A stretch of 64,000 nucleotides of DNA from contig CAXXQS010000002.1 in the NCBI GenBank assembly GCA_963674735.2, forward strand, positions 672,001 to 736,000, read 5' to 3'. The notes under the pieces were generated by a model that saw only the letters and a list, made by a program, of their open reading frames with translations, ran no database searches and was not told the DNA's origin. Of this stretch, positions 26,817 to 37,400 are shown piece after piece. The position numbers and the translations under genes were made by a program. Origin of the DNA: Myxococcota bacterium. GTDB taxonomy: Bacteria; Myxococcota_A; SURF-8. Position 1 is the stretch's first letter. The number at the start of each line of letters is the position of its first letter.

Positions 26817-27563
26817 ATGGAGCGCGTATATGTGCCCGATGCGCAAGAAGGCGAAACGATCGGCCTGCCGAAAGACAAGGCCCATTACCTCACTCGCGTC
26901 CATCGTCTGAAAAACAGAGACCCTCTCTTGGCCTTCGACGGAGTGGCGTGTGAATACGCTGCGGAATTGGTCGTCGACAAGGGTATGCCGGTCCGGTTGG
27001 CCGTTGGGAACTGCGTGCGGCGCGAAAGCGCTCCGCGTTTGCATTTAACCCTGGCCCAGGGGCTGCCCAAACAGGGAAAACTGGAGACGATCATCCAGAA
27101 GGCCACGGAATTGGGCGTCTGCGCCATCGCGCCCTTCGCCTCGCGTTTCGGTTTACCGCGTATCCCGCGCTCGGGTGCCGAGGTCAAGCTGCAACGTTGG
27201 CGAACCATCGCTGAAGAGGCCTGTCGCCAATGCGGTCGCATCCGCCTGCCGCAAATCCTGGCCCCTCAGCCTTTCGAAAGGCTGATCGAGCAAGCGGCGG
27301 GACAGACCGTGTGGTTGGCCGATGAACACAAACGCGGCACGGTCTTGACCGAGCTGTGCAAAGACCCCGCGCCGCCGGAACTGACCCTGATCGTCGGACC
27401 GGAAGGCGGTTTTCATGAAGGGGAAGTCGCCCAGGCACAGGCTGCCGGGGCGCAACTGGTTTCACTGGGGCCCCGGATCCTGCGCACGGAAACGGCGGGA
27501 CCGGCCCTGCTGGCAATCGTTCAGACACTGTGGGGCGACATGGGCGCGTTCGACCGCCCCTGA
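26817..27563 (+). CDS. rsmE: 16S rRNA (uracil1498-N3)-methyltransferase
   Basis: KATELGV, EACRQCGR, VGPEGG, LGPRILRTETA. Confidence 0.95.
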   Translation: MERVYVPDAQEGETIGLPKDKAHYLTRVHRLKNRDPLLAFDGVACEYAAELVVDKGMPVRLAVGNCVRRESAPRLHLTLAQGLPKQGKLETIIQKATELGVCAIAPFASRFGLPRIPRSGAEVKLQRWRTIAEEACRQCGRIRLPQILAPQPFERLIEQAAGQTVWLADEHKRGTVLTELCKDPAPPELTLIVGPEGGFHEGEVAQAQAAGAQLVSLGPRILRTETAGPALLAIVQTLWGDMGAFDRP

Positions 27564-27592
27564 AGCGGAGCGACTGTACAAGGAGCACTGGG

Positions 27593-29140
27593 ATGAGATG
27601 TACCAAATGCAAGAAAGACATTCCCGAAAACGCCACCGTTTGCCCGATCTGCGGCTTTCCGGTGTTGGAAGACGATTCCTATTCGGCCGATGAAGATACG
27701 GTGGCGGAAACGGGAAAACCGGTGCGTCGCCTGCACTTCGGCCGTCCGGCCGACGACCTCGACGTCACGGTCCCGCTCGATACGTCGCTGGGGACTGATG
27801 TTGAAAACGGGGATTTTTTTCTGGATGATAACGGAACCGACGAAACGGAGGATGAAGGAGAATTCTCGCTGGATGATGGCGCAGAGTCACCCACCGACGC
27901 TGAATCCTTTGAATTTTCGGACGACGACCCACCGGTCCCACCAGAGAAAACCGAAGCGGATGTGACGGATATTCCCGACGAAAATACCGCCATACCAGAA
28001 CCGGTGACCGTCGTTGACGACGTCGCGGCGGTTGCAACACCCCCCGTGCCGAAACCGCCCAAAGCTCAACCCGCTCGCGTCGCCGACAAACCTCAAACAA
28101 CGGCGAAGCCGGTTTTGGGAAACCAGCCCTTGACATCGGAAGGCGGGGATTCTTCCGAAGAACTCAAGCGAGTGCTGAAAACCATTTTCACTCCGACTGC
28201 CGCAGCCAAACCGCATAGCCAGGCCACGGAACCCGCCGACAAACCCCACGCAGGCCCAAGCCGCCTGTCCTCCAAAAACGAAAAACCCGCTAGCGAGGAA
28301 CCGGCCTGGACGATGAATCAAGAGAAGGCGGAACCACCCGCCCCACCAGCCGCGACCCGACCCGCGCCGCCGACCCAAACCGTCCGGCCCGCGAGTCCTC
28401 CGCCCTTGCCGCAACAAAAAGCCGCGCCGCCGAAAAGAACCGAGGAACCGACCTGGACGTTGGGCGAAAGAAAAGCGACCGACCCGGCGAGTCGGCCGTC
28501 TCCCTCACCCATACCGGAACCTCCCAAGACAGTGCCAAACACCCAGCCCACCGCGCCAGAAGCCCCGAGCTGGACACCGCCGACGCCGATGAACGCGAAA
28601 AAAACGACCGCCGCGCCGAAACCCGTTGAAGCGGATACGGAAGTGGAAACCCAGGAAGTTCACGTCACCGTGGGCGGTTTTCTACGACGCCTGCTGGCGG
28701 GTCTGGTCGATCAAGCGATCGTTCTACTTCTGACGGCAGGCTTCATGACCGTCGCCTTGTGGGCCTTTGGCAGCCAGCGTCTGCCCGATTTGGGAAGCGG
28801 AGGATTGGGTTATCTGACGGCGTTGGCCACGAACTACCCGCAGATGCCGGTCGCCTACGCGACCCTCTACGTTTTTCTGTTCGCCTTGCTATCGATCTTC
28901 TTTTCCATGACAACCGGGCAAACTCCGGGTAAGATGCTGTTTGACCTTCGGATGATTCAGGATGACGGTGAACCGCTCAGCGGATGGCGCGCCATCGTGC
29001 GCTTCGTTGCCTATGCATTGAGCATCGCACCGTTTTTTATGGGTGTGCTGTGGATCTTGGCCGATCACAGCCGCCAGGCTCTGCATGACAAAATAGCCCA
29101 GACCCTGGTCGTCCGTGTGAATCCGAAACCGAAGATCTAA
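27593..29140 (+). CDS. RDD family membrane protein with N-terminal zinc ribbon and long acidic/Pro-rich linker
   Basis: CTKC…CPICG; GFLRRLLAGLVD, GQTPGKMLFDL, QALHDKIAQT. Confidence 0.85.
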   Translation: MRCTKCKKDIPENATVCPICGFPVLEDDSYSADEDTVAETGKPVRRLHFGRPADDLDVTVPLDTSLGTDVENGDFFLDDNGTDETEDEGEFSLDDGAESPTDAESFEFSDDDPPVPPEKTEADVTDIPDENTAIPEPVTVVDDVAAVATPPVPKPPKAQPARVADKPQTTAKPVLGNQPLTSEGGDSSEELKRVLKTIFTPTAAAKPHSQATEPADKPHAGPSRLSSKNEKPASEEPAWTMNQEKAEPPAPPAATRPAPPTQTVRPASPPPLPQQKAAPPKRTEEPTWTLGERKATDPASRPSPSPIPEPPKTVPNTQPTAPEAPSWTPPTPMNAKKTTAAPKPVEADTEVETQEVHVTVGGFLRRLLAGLVDQAIVLLLTAGFMTVALWAFGSQRLPDLGSGGLGYLTALATNYPQMPVAYATLYVFLFALLSIFFSMTTGQTPGKMLFDLRMIQDDGEPLSGWRAIVRFVAYALSIAPFFMGVLWILADHSRQALHDKIAQTLVVRVNPKPKI

Positions 29141-29159
29141 CCGGGAAAACGGGAGAACC

Positions 29160-30713
29160 ATGCAATCGGATGCGCCGGAAAATTCTTCTTCCGACTTCCT
29201 GTTCGCACTCGAACGGCGATTGGCGGATTTGCAGAATCCACGCCGGATTCTCGACGAAATCTGCCAGCACATCGCAACCGAAACCCCTTTTTGCGCCTTT
29301 TTGAGGGTTCACGGGCAGGCCGCCCGCGGGTGGTTGTTTCACACCCATCCCCCTATGCCGACCTTCGATATCGGTCGCCTGGAATTGATGACAGCTAACA
29401 TCCCCGAACTGGCACAGGTGTTGGAGCAGGATGTTCCGCAGACCCTGCACGCTCTGGAGGCCTCCGGCTGGAATGCCATCCGCGACCATGTCGGACACGA
29501 GCAAACGGAATTCTGTACGCTCTTTCCGTTGCGAATCAGTTCACGCACCCCCTTTCTTTTCCTGCTGGCTACCGCCGAGCCACCCGACGCCGCCCGGATG
29601 GGACTCTTGCGCCAACTGCTGGCCTATGCGGGATGGCGTCTCGAAGCGCTGATCCTCAATAAACGTGAAACACCCGGCACCTCTAGCTCCATTGCAGCCC
29701 CCCAACCGAAAAAACCGCAACGTGTATCGCGCTTGATGGGAATGAACTGGTTGTCGGCCTGGCGCACGGCCGACGATCCTCCGCGCCGTCGTCCGTCGGA
29801 CAAAGCTCTTGAAGCCATGAACGGTGAAAGCCGGCCCCTTGAGTTGCAGGCCGAAGACGCACGGCCCGACGAACCCGCCCCTGACACCGGCAACGCAAAA
29901 CCGGAGCACGATTCAACGTCGATCCTGGTCGATCCCAGCCTGATGGCCGCTGAATCAGGACACTCTCTCCATGCTTCCGATCATTTAAGTCTGTCAGCCA
30001 CCGCCAATCCGGTCCCTAAATCGGCGCTACCCGATCCGGCAGAGATCCCGGGAGGCGCGGAACGGCTCGCTCGCCTGAATCAAGACCCCGAGGCCGAACG
30101 CGAAGTCCGTCGCCTGTTGGCCAGCGAAGAAGCAGAAGAACGCAAACTGGCCGTTCTACTGGTGGCCAACGGGAACCTGGTCGGCAGCCTGCCGCATCTC
30201 GCCCTGCATTTGTTCGACCCTTCTCCCGACGTTGCCGAACTTTCGGCCCGAACCCTCCGTTACCATCGTCATTCCAAGCACTTCGCACCTGTCGAAGCGG
30301 TCGTCAATAGTCGTATCGACTTGCAAGATCCCGATATCGAACTCGCGATTCTGGCCGCCCGGCGACTGCGCGCCCGCCGCTGCCTCCCCGCCCTGATCAA
30401 TCTACTCGATGCACCGGACTATCGAGAAAGCGCCCGGGAAGCCTTGCTCCTGATCACCTTGAACGACCCCGGCGACCAGCGTAGCGACTGGCAAACCTGG
30501 TTTGAAGCGCACGGACACGACCCGGAAGAAGCCTGGTACCTGACCGCCCTGGAACAGTCCGACGTTCCCCTGGCCCGCCGGGCCGTGGAAGAATTGGAGT
30601 GGCTGGCCGGGCAAAGCCTGGGATCCTTCGATCTCAGTGTCGTCCGCGAACGCAATCAAGCCAAATCCATCTGGGAACAATGGTTGAAAGACAGGCAGAA
30701 AAACCCTGATTAA
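29160..30713 (+). CDS. Hypothetical protein, GAF-like N-terminus and HEAT-repeat C-terminus
   Basis: Long ORF with SD, 19 nt after the RDD gene; helical repeats (CLPALINLLD…AREALLLIT). Confidence 0.6.
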   Translation: MQSDAPENSSSDFLFALERRLADLQNPRRILDEICQHIATETPFCAFLRVHGQAARGWLFHTHPPMPTFDIGRLELMTANIPELAQVLEQDVPQTLHALEASGWNAIRDHVGHEQTEFCTLFPLRISSRTPFLFLLATAEPPDAARMGLLRQLLAYAGWRLEALILNKRETPGTSSSIAAPQPKKPQRVSRLMGMNWLSAWRTADDPPRRRPSDKALEAMNGESRPLELQAEDARPDEPAPDTGNAKPEHDSTSILVDPSLMAAESGHSLHASDHLSLSATANPVPKSALPDPAEIPGGAERLARLNQDPEAEREVRRLLASEEAEERKLAVLLVANGNLVGSLPHLALHLFDPSPDVAELSARTLRYHRHSKHFAPVEAVVNSRIDLQDPDIELAILAARRLRARRCLPALINLLDAPDYRESAREALLLITLNDPGDQRSDWQTWFEAHGHDPEEAWYLTALEQSDVPLARRAVEELEWLAGQSLGSFDLSVVRERNQAKSIWEQWLKDRQKNPD

Positions 30714-30968
30714 GCCGAATGGTTTTACGTGTTTTGACCCAACAGTAAAAAATGTGGCCGACTCCGATAGTCGGCAAATCGGGTGTTTGTAAAATTCCCT
30801 AACAATTCCCGGCAAATGTCCGATGTATGATTCAACTAGCTGTACTGCATCTTTCAAAACGTTTGAAATGCTCAATTTTTAGTTGCATTGCGACTTGTGC
30901 TGTGCTAATACCGCGACGCACTGCATCACAAAGCGCAACGAAAAAACTGAATCCAGGAGGAAAGTACG

Positions 30969-32447
30969 ATGAAGCGAATCGCGTATGTGGTAGTTGTTTT
31001 ATGCTTGTTATTAACCTCGTCGGTCTGGGCCGAAGAAGCCAAGGCGAAAGTCGACGGCATCGCCCCCGTCACGCCGACGTCCCCCGTCAAAGCGGTCGCC
31101 CCGGTCGAAGAGAAAGCGCCGGAGCAAGGCAAGGTTTTCACCAGCATCGGCAATCTGCTGCAGTTCTACGGTCAGTTGCGCCTGGACTACTCGCTGGATA
31201 CGTCCGAATGCGCGGGCGGCGGCAACTGGGTGTTCTGGGTTCTGCGCGACCGTAACAAAGCGGTCGGCGACCGTGATTTCAGCGACAATAAAGGATCCGA
31301 ATCCAACATCCACGCTCGCAACACGCGCCTGGGCTTCAAAATCAAAGGCACGCACATCGACGTTCTGAAGGCCGATCTCTCGGGTAAATTCGAGATCGAC
31401 TTCTTCGGCGGCGAAACCGGTACCGCCAACTGGAAAGCCATCCCGCGTCTGCGCGTCGGCGCCCTCACCCTCGACTGGGGCTGGGTTGAACTGATGGCCG
31501 GTAACAACTGGGACACCTTCAGCACCCTGTATCCCAGCAGCGACGACAACGCCATCAACTGGTGGACCGGTAACCTGGGCGCGCGCCGCACCATGCTGCG
31601 CCTCTCCTTCAAACCCATGATCGGCGATAAAACCCGCCTGTGGGTCCAGGCCGCCATTGCGCGTCCCTTCGATATCTCCGGTCAAGATTACGACAACCTG
31701 AACCAAGTCGGCACCGAAACCGATCTGAATGCCGACGGCATCATCACCGCCAAAGATGAATACGGGCGCGACACCGGCGAAGTCAAAGCGGCCGCCAAAG
31801 GCAACGGCGTCAACGACGGCGAAGCCTCCAAGATTCCGCAGATTCAGTGGCGCGTAGCCATCGAATCGCCGATCTGGACCAAAACGAATTTCCTGTTCGG
31901 CCTCAGCGGCCACTATCAGCGCGGCAAATATTCCAAGCCGATCATCAACAAAGAAAACTCCAAGACCATCAGCACCACCGATAGCTATCATATCGGCGCG
32001 GAACTGGTTCTGCCGATCATCGACGAATTGCTGCTGCGCGGCGAAGCGTTCTACGGCCAGAGCCTGAAGGACGTCATGGGCGGCCTCGGACAGGACATCA
32101 ACACCTACACCGGCGAAGAAATCAAAGGCATGGGCGGTTGGGCCGAGCTGTACGGCAAACCCTTCGGCCTGTGGCACCTCGCACTGGGCTTCGCCATCGA
32201 CACCCCCGACGACGGCACCATGGACGTCGGCAGCGCCGCCGCCCTCGAAGCCTTGCGCTTCAGCCACTGGTCGGTTTACTTCAGCAACATGTTCAACTTC
32301 GGTTCCGGCTTCGGCGCGCGCCTGGGCTACACCTACATGCGCACCGAGTACCGCATCGCCAAGGACGCCACCTACGCCACCACGGATTACATCAAAGAAA
32401 ACGCCAACAACCACCGCGTGAACGTGGCCATGTTCTACAAGTTCTAA
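30969..32447 (+). CDS. Outer-membrane beta-barrel porin (DcaP-like)
   Basis: AGGAGG SD, signal peptide, FYGQLRLD, ARNTRLGF, KFEIDFFG, terminal YKF; strongly C-ending codons suggest high expression. Confidence 0.75.
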   Translation: MKRIAYVVVVLCLLLTSSVWAEEAKAKVDGIAPVTPTSPVKAVAPVEEKAPEQGKVFTSIGNLLQFYGQLRLDYSLDTSECAGGGNWVFWVLRDRNKAVGDRDFSDNKGSESNIHARNTRLGFKIKGTHIDVLKADLSGKFEIDFFGGETGTANWKAIPRLRVGALTLDWGWVELMAGNNWDTFSTLYPSSDDNAINWWTGNLGARRTMLRLSFKPMIGDKTRLWVQAAIARPFDISGQDYDNLNQVGTETDLNADGIITAKDEYGRDTGEVKAAAKGNGVNDGEASKIPQIQWRVAIESPIWTKTNFLFGLSGHYQRGKYSKPIINKENSKTISTTDSYHIGAELVLPIIDELLLRGEAFYGQSLKDVMGGLGQDINTYTGEEIKGMGGWAELYGKPFGLWHLALGFAIDTPDDGTMDVGSAAALEALRFSHWSVYFSNMFNFGSGFGARLGYTYMRTEYRIAKDATYATTDYIKENANNHRVNVAMFYKF

Positions 32448-32469
32448 GCCCCGCACTCGTTTCGATTCG

Positions 32470-32502
32470 GCCCCCGGCATCCCCCGATGTCGGGGGCTTT
32501 TT
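32470..32502 (+). terminator. Rho-independent terminator after the porin gene
   Basis: GCCCCCGGCATC/GATGTCGGGGGC stem followed by TTTTT. Confidence 0.8.
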
Positions 32503-32602
32503 CGTTGAAACGCATCCCGTTTGCTGTAATTCTTGACAGCCCGACCCAACTCTCTGTATGGTTGGCGACTGAAAGATCGGAAGTCGTTTATCGGAGTTCA
32601 TC

Positions 32603-33595
32603 ATGACCCATCGTCGAATCGGTGAAATCGTCCCATTAATCTTCCTCACCCTCTTTGCCCTCAGCGCCTGCTCGGCGGATGACACGGAAACACCGGACGA
32701 CGGTTGCAGCTCCGACTCCGACTGTAACGGCGGGGAACTGTGCGTGTGGGGCACCTGCCATCCCTTCTGCACGTCGGACGACGACTGCGAGGACGACCTG
32801 ACATGCCACTCCAAAGGCGTGTGCGCCGAATGCGCCGGGCATGACGACTGCGCCGACGGCGAAGCCTGTTCCCAAGGCACCTGCACCCCGCTCACGGACG
32901 GCGACGACCCCGATGGCGACAATCCCGACATCAGCCTGTGCGAACAAACCACCGACTGTCCCGGCGGCTACATCTGCAATGGCGGTCTGTGCATTCCGCT
33001 TTGCACCAGCGACCGGGATTGTCCCGAGGCCTTCCCCATCTGTCATCCCGACCATTACTGTGCCGAGTGCCTGCGCGACGTCGACTGCAGCGCGAACGCC
33101 ATCTGCCAGAAAGATTTCTGTGTCGAACGGAGCGCTTGCGAAGAAACCTGCGACGGTGAAAACGGCTTGTATTGCGACGAGGAAGAAGGCGAATGCGTGT
33201 TGGTCGTCTGCCTCGCCTGCGATGCCGAGGATGATTGTCCGAGCGGAGATGTCTGCGCCGCTTCCGACATGGCCGACGGGCACCGCATCTGCTTGCCCAC
33301 CGGCACCTGCCCGGACGGCACCGCTCGCCAATTCGACGGCTACTGCCACCCGCTGGCAACCTGTCAGGATCTGGCTTACGCCACGCTCGCGAATAGCTGC
33401 CGCAATCCTTCCGATCAGACCTTGCCCCCCTGCGGGGACGACCTGGTCTGCCTGTACAACCCCAGTGGCACCTCGTTTTGCAGCCAAACCTGCAGCGACT
33501 TCGAAAGCGACTGTTCCGCCGACTTCCCCGACGGCTGCTGCGCAACGGCGCTCGACGACCAGACCTACTGCCTGACGGCACCCTTCTGCCCGTGA
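32603..33595 (+). CDS. Cys-rich lipoprotein (CxxDxDC repeats)
   Basis: Lipobox LSAC; repeated C-x2-D-x-DC-x5-C-x4-C; upstream TTGACA-18-TATGGT. Confidence 0.8.
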   Translation: MTHRRIGEIVPLIFLTLFALSACSADDTETPDDGCSSDSDCNGGELCVWGTCHPFCTSDDDCEDDLTCHSKGVCAECAGHDDCADGEACSQGTCTPLTDGDDPDGDNPDISLCEQTTDCPGGYICNGGLCIPLCTSDRDCPEAFPICHPDHYCAECLRDVDCSANAICQKDFCVERSACEETCDGENGLYCDEEEGECVLVVCLACDAEDDCPSGDVCAASDMADGHRICLPTGTCPDGTARQFDGYCHPLATCQDLAYATLANSCRNPSDQTLPPCGDDLVCLYNPSGTSFCSQTCSDFESDCSADFPDGCCATALDDQTYCLTAPFCP

Positions 33596-33746
33596 AATCA
33601 TACACAACAAAAACTGATGCTTAACTTGCCGTATAATGCGGAATGGTGCATCGTGAGCATGAGCTCGAATTCCGAATGCGAGTAATGGCAACGAGAATTT
33701 GACAGGTTGCGATCACACATATTTGATAAAAATGTAGGAGCTTGTC

Positions 33747-34247
33747 ATGAAACAGATCGCGGGTTTTCTCCTTCTCATGCTGGTCGTGCTGGGTGCTTCG
33801 GCCTGCGGCGACGACGGCAAAACGGACGGAAACGCTCGCTGCATCGAGACTTACGCGGTTGACAAAGGCTACGGCCATGAGGAGATCATCCCGGACGCCT
33901 ACGCATTCCTTCAACGCCCCTGCGACGATTCGAATACCGATACGGTTTGCACCATGGAAGACCTGCGGGCCCTCTGCCGAGCGGACGGCGGAGCGGATTG
34001 CGACGGCGAATTCATCTCTTCGGAGGCGGCGGCCTGCATCGCCGCCCTGAAAGGGGTGGAAGCGGTGGAGGGCGGTTACTACCGGCTCATGCTGGATTAC
34101 CCGGAGAAGGAAAAAACGCTCGTCTGGAGCGCCGGTCTTGTCACTTTTAGCGAAAAAGACTCCACCATGCATGAAACCGAGGTGCGCCTGCACGCCGTCT
34201 CGGGGAACTTCATCGGTCTAACCGACAGCCTCAGCACCATGGACTGA
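33747..34247 (+). CDS. Hypothetical lipoprotein (possible C-terminal PepSY-like strand pattern)
   Basis: AGGAG SD; lipobox ASAC; ending W…VRLHAVSGNFI. Confidence 0.65.
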   Translation: MKQIAGFLLLMLVVLGASACGDDGKTDGNARCIETYAVDKGYGHEEIIPDAYAFLQRPCDDSNTDTVCTMEDLRALCRADGGADCDGEFISSEAAACIAALKGVEAVEGGYYRLMLDYPEKEKTLVWSAGLVTFSEKDSTMHETEVRLHAVSGNFIGLTDSLSTMD

Positions 34248-34433
34248 TCCCCGACGACGCACCATCGAAAACGCCTGTCAAACACCCCCCTTCCGCCCGT
34301 AATTCCAAAGCTCGCCCGGGCTTGGAGGCTTCGAAAAGCTCTTTACATTCCGTAAGTGGAAATGGTAGAGTTAATCGTTTGTTTCTACTGGACTTTCAAG
34401 ACAATTTGAGTTTCAGTGAGGGGATCTTGCGAC

Positions 34434-37400
34434 ATGAAGACGGTGGACGACGGGATTGAAATCGATGAGATGGATCAGAGTGACGTTCCGGAAACATTGA
34501 CCGGCGAAACATCCATCGAACAGGCGACAGGCGCGGAAGCTTCAAGCGAGACAGAAAACGACCGACCACTCGAAGAAGCCGCAACGGAAACGGACGTGGA
34601 ATCCCAGGCGAACGCAGCCGCCGAGGCGGGAGATGAAACCCCGCCTCCCGATATGGACGCCGCAGACCCCACCGAAGCGGTACCAAACGAAGACGATGAA
34701 GACGACGTATGGGGTCGGATTCTCGCCCAACTCGAACAGGAACTCGCTCAAACAGACACTCCCGAACAACAAGCGGCCCTGCATCACCACCTCGGCACCA
34801 TCCTCGACCAGCAGCTCGGCCAAACCGAACGCGCCATCCTGCATTTTCAGCAGGCCTATGCCGCCGATCCCACGCATCAGCCTACCCTGAAAGCCGCAAC
34901 GCGTCTGTTCCGCGAAATCGGTCAGTGGGACATGGTCATCGAACTACTCGAAGCCCAGGAAGAAAGCACCCTGACCGATTCGGAACGTGTGGATCTCTTG
35001 ATGGAGCAAGCTTCGATCGATTTCGCCCACCTCGACAAAGCCGATGTCGCCATCGACCGACTGAATACCGTCTTGGAAATCGATCCGACAAACTATACGG
35101 CATTGAAACTGCTGGAAAAATTCCTCGTCATCCGCGACGACAAGGAAGCCTTGACCGCCTTTTACAATCGCTACATCTACGATGCCAACTTCGCGGCGTT
35201 TCACTTGCCCATGCTGCTGAACCTGGCGCAAGTTCTGGAAGAATCGACAGACCGCCAGCCTGAAGCCATCCCGATCTACCAGAAAATCATCGAGCTGGAC
35301 CCGAAAAACCGTCTGGCCATCAGCGCCCTCAAACGGCTGCTCATGCGCCACAAGCGCTGGGACGATCTGTCGGAAGTCTACCGCCACGAGGAAGACATCA
35401 CCGAGGAACCGAAGCGTAAAGCGCTTATCCAATACCTCCAGGCTCGCCTGTGCGCCGATCGTCTAAACGACCGCGAGAGAGCCGAAGCGCATATCCGCCG
35501 CGCGCTCGAAATCGATCCCGACAACATCATGCTGTGGGACGAGCTCGAAACCGTCAACGAGGCACGCCGCGACTGGCCCGCGTTGGCCGACGTACACGAA
35601 CGACAATACGAGTTGGCGATCAACCCGGAAAAGAAACTCGACATCGCCTTCAAGCTGGGAGCGCTCTACCAAGAACGCCTGGAAGACTATGAGCAGGCGG
35701 CCGACTGGTACGAAAAGGCTCTCGAAGCCAAAATGGATTACCTGCCCGCCCTGCATGTTCTGGGAAAACTCTACGGCCGCGCGGGCGACCACGCCAAGCT
35801 GATCGGCCTGCTCGAAAAAGAAGCCGACTGCATCGACGACATCAAACTCAAGGCAGCCAAATATTTCATGATCGCCGAACAGGCGCAACGATCCCTCGGC
35901 GACCACGAACGGGCGGTCGACGCCTACCGGCGGGTGCTCGAACTGATGCCGGGCTATCTCCCGGCCATCAAAGCCTTGTCCGAATTGTACGGATTTTTGG
36001 GTCGAGTGGACGACTTGATCGCCATGAACGAGTTGCAGCTTTCCCTCAATCCGTCGCTCAACGGCGAACAGTTCGTTTATCTGCTCGAAAAAAACGCCTC
36101 CCTGTGGGAACACAAGGGCGGTATCGACGAAGCCATCGACTGCCGCCGCCGCATCCTCGAACGCCATGCCGGTCACATCAGTTCCATCCAGGCTTTGGGA
36201 CGCCTTTACGCCAAGGCCGAAAAGTGGGAGGAGCTGATCGAGATCAACGAGCGCGAAGGCCAGATCATCAACGACCAACACCGCATTATCGCCCTCGTTC
36301 ACAAAAGCGGCGAGATCTGTGAACAAAAGCTCGACGACGAAGGACGTGCCGTACGTTACTATAAGCGTGTGCTCACCTTGAGCCCGTCGTACCTGCCCAC
36401 CGTCAAGGCCCTAGGCGCCATTTATCAGCGCCAAAGCCGCTGGGACGAACTCATCACCTTGTATCATCGCGAGCTGGAATCCGTCGGAGAAGGGGAACAG
36501 GCCATCAGCATCCGCTTCAAAGTGGCTCAGATCTACGACGAAGAACTGGATAACGCCCATCGCGCCGAAACCCATTACCGCAAGATTCTGGACGACGACC
36601 CGGATTTCACCCCCGCCCTGCATGCTCTGACCAAGCTCTACCAGCGCGAGAACAATCACGCCGCCCGGGTCGAGTTGTACGAAGCCCAGGCGGAGAAAAG
36701 CACGGAATCATCGTCACGGCTGCTGGCACTCTATAAAGTTGCCGAGTTGTACGAAACCGGCCTGGTGGATATGGGCAAGGCCGAATCCACCTACCGGCGC
36801 ATCCTCGACATCGACCCAAATAATCTTCCGGCGCGACGCGGCTTGTTCCGCACCTATGCCATGGCGGACGAACGCGAAAAGCAGCTCGACCTGCTCAACC
36901 AGGAGATCGACGCTGAAACCGAACCCGAGCGGCAATTGCCGCTTCTGATCGACGCAGCACACCTGTACAACGAAATGGGCGGCAACCCCGACGAAGCGGT
37001 CAAGCTGTTCCTCCGTATCCTCGACATCGAACCGGCCAACGACATGGCCTTCCAGCAATTGGAACGCCTCTACCGCCAACAACGCCGTTTCGAGGAATTG
37101 GCCGACCTGTATGAAGCGCACTTGTCCCGCATCGAGTCGGACGACGACAAAATGCCGCTTCTACGCATGCTGATCGACGTACTGGAAAACCATCTGGGCG
37201 ACTTCGATCGTCTTTTGGCCGTTTACCGCGAGTTTCTGCGTATCGAACCGCTCGACAGCACCGCGCTCGACTTCTTCGAAGAAGTCTATGCCCGCGAACA
37301 TCAGTGGGATGCGCTTCTGGATGTCTACGACCGCATGCGGCAGATCAGCGAAGACAAAACCCAGTTGCTGCACCTCTATCTGGTTTCCGGCCAGATCCTG

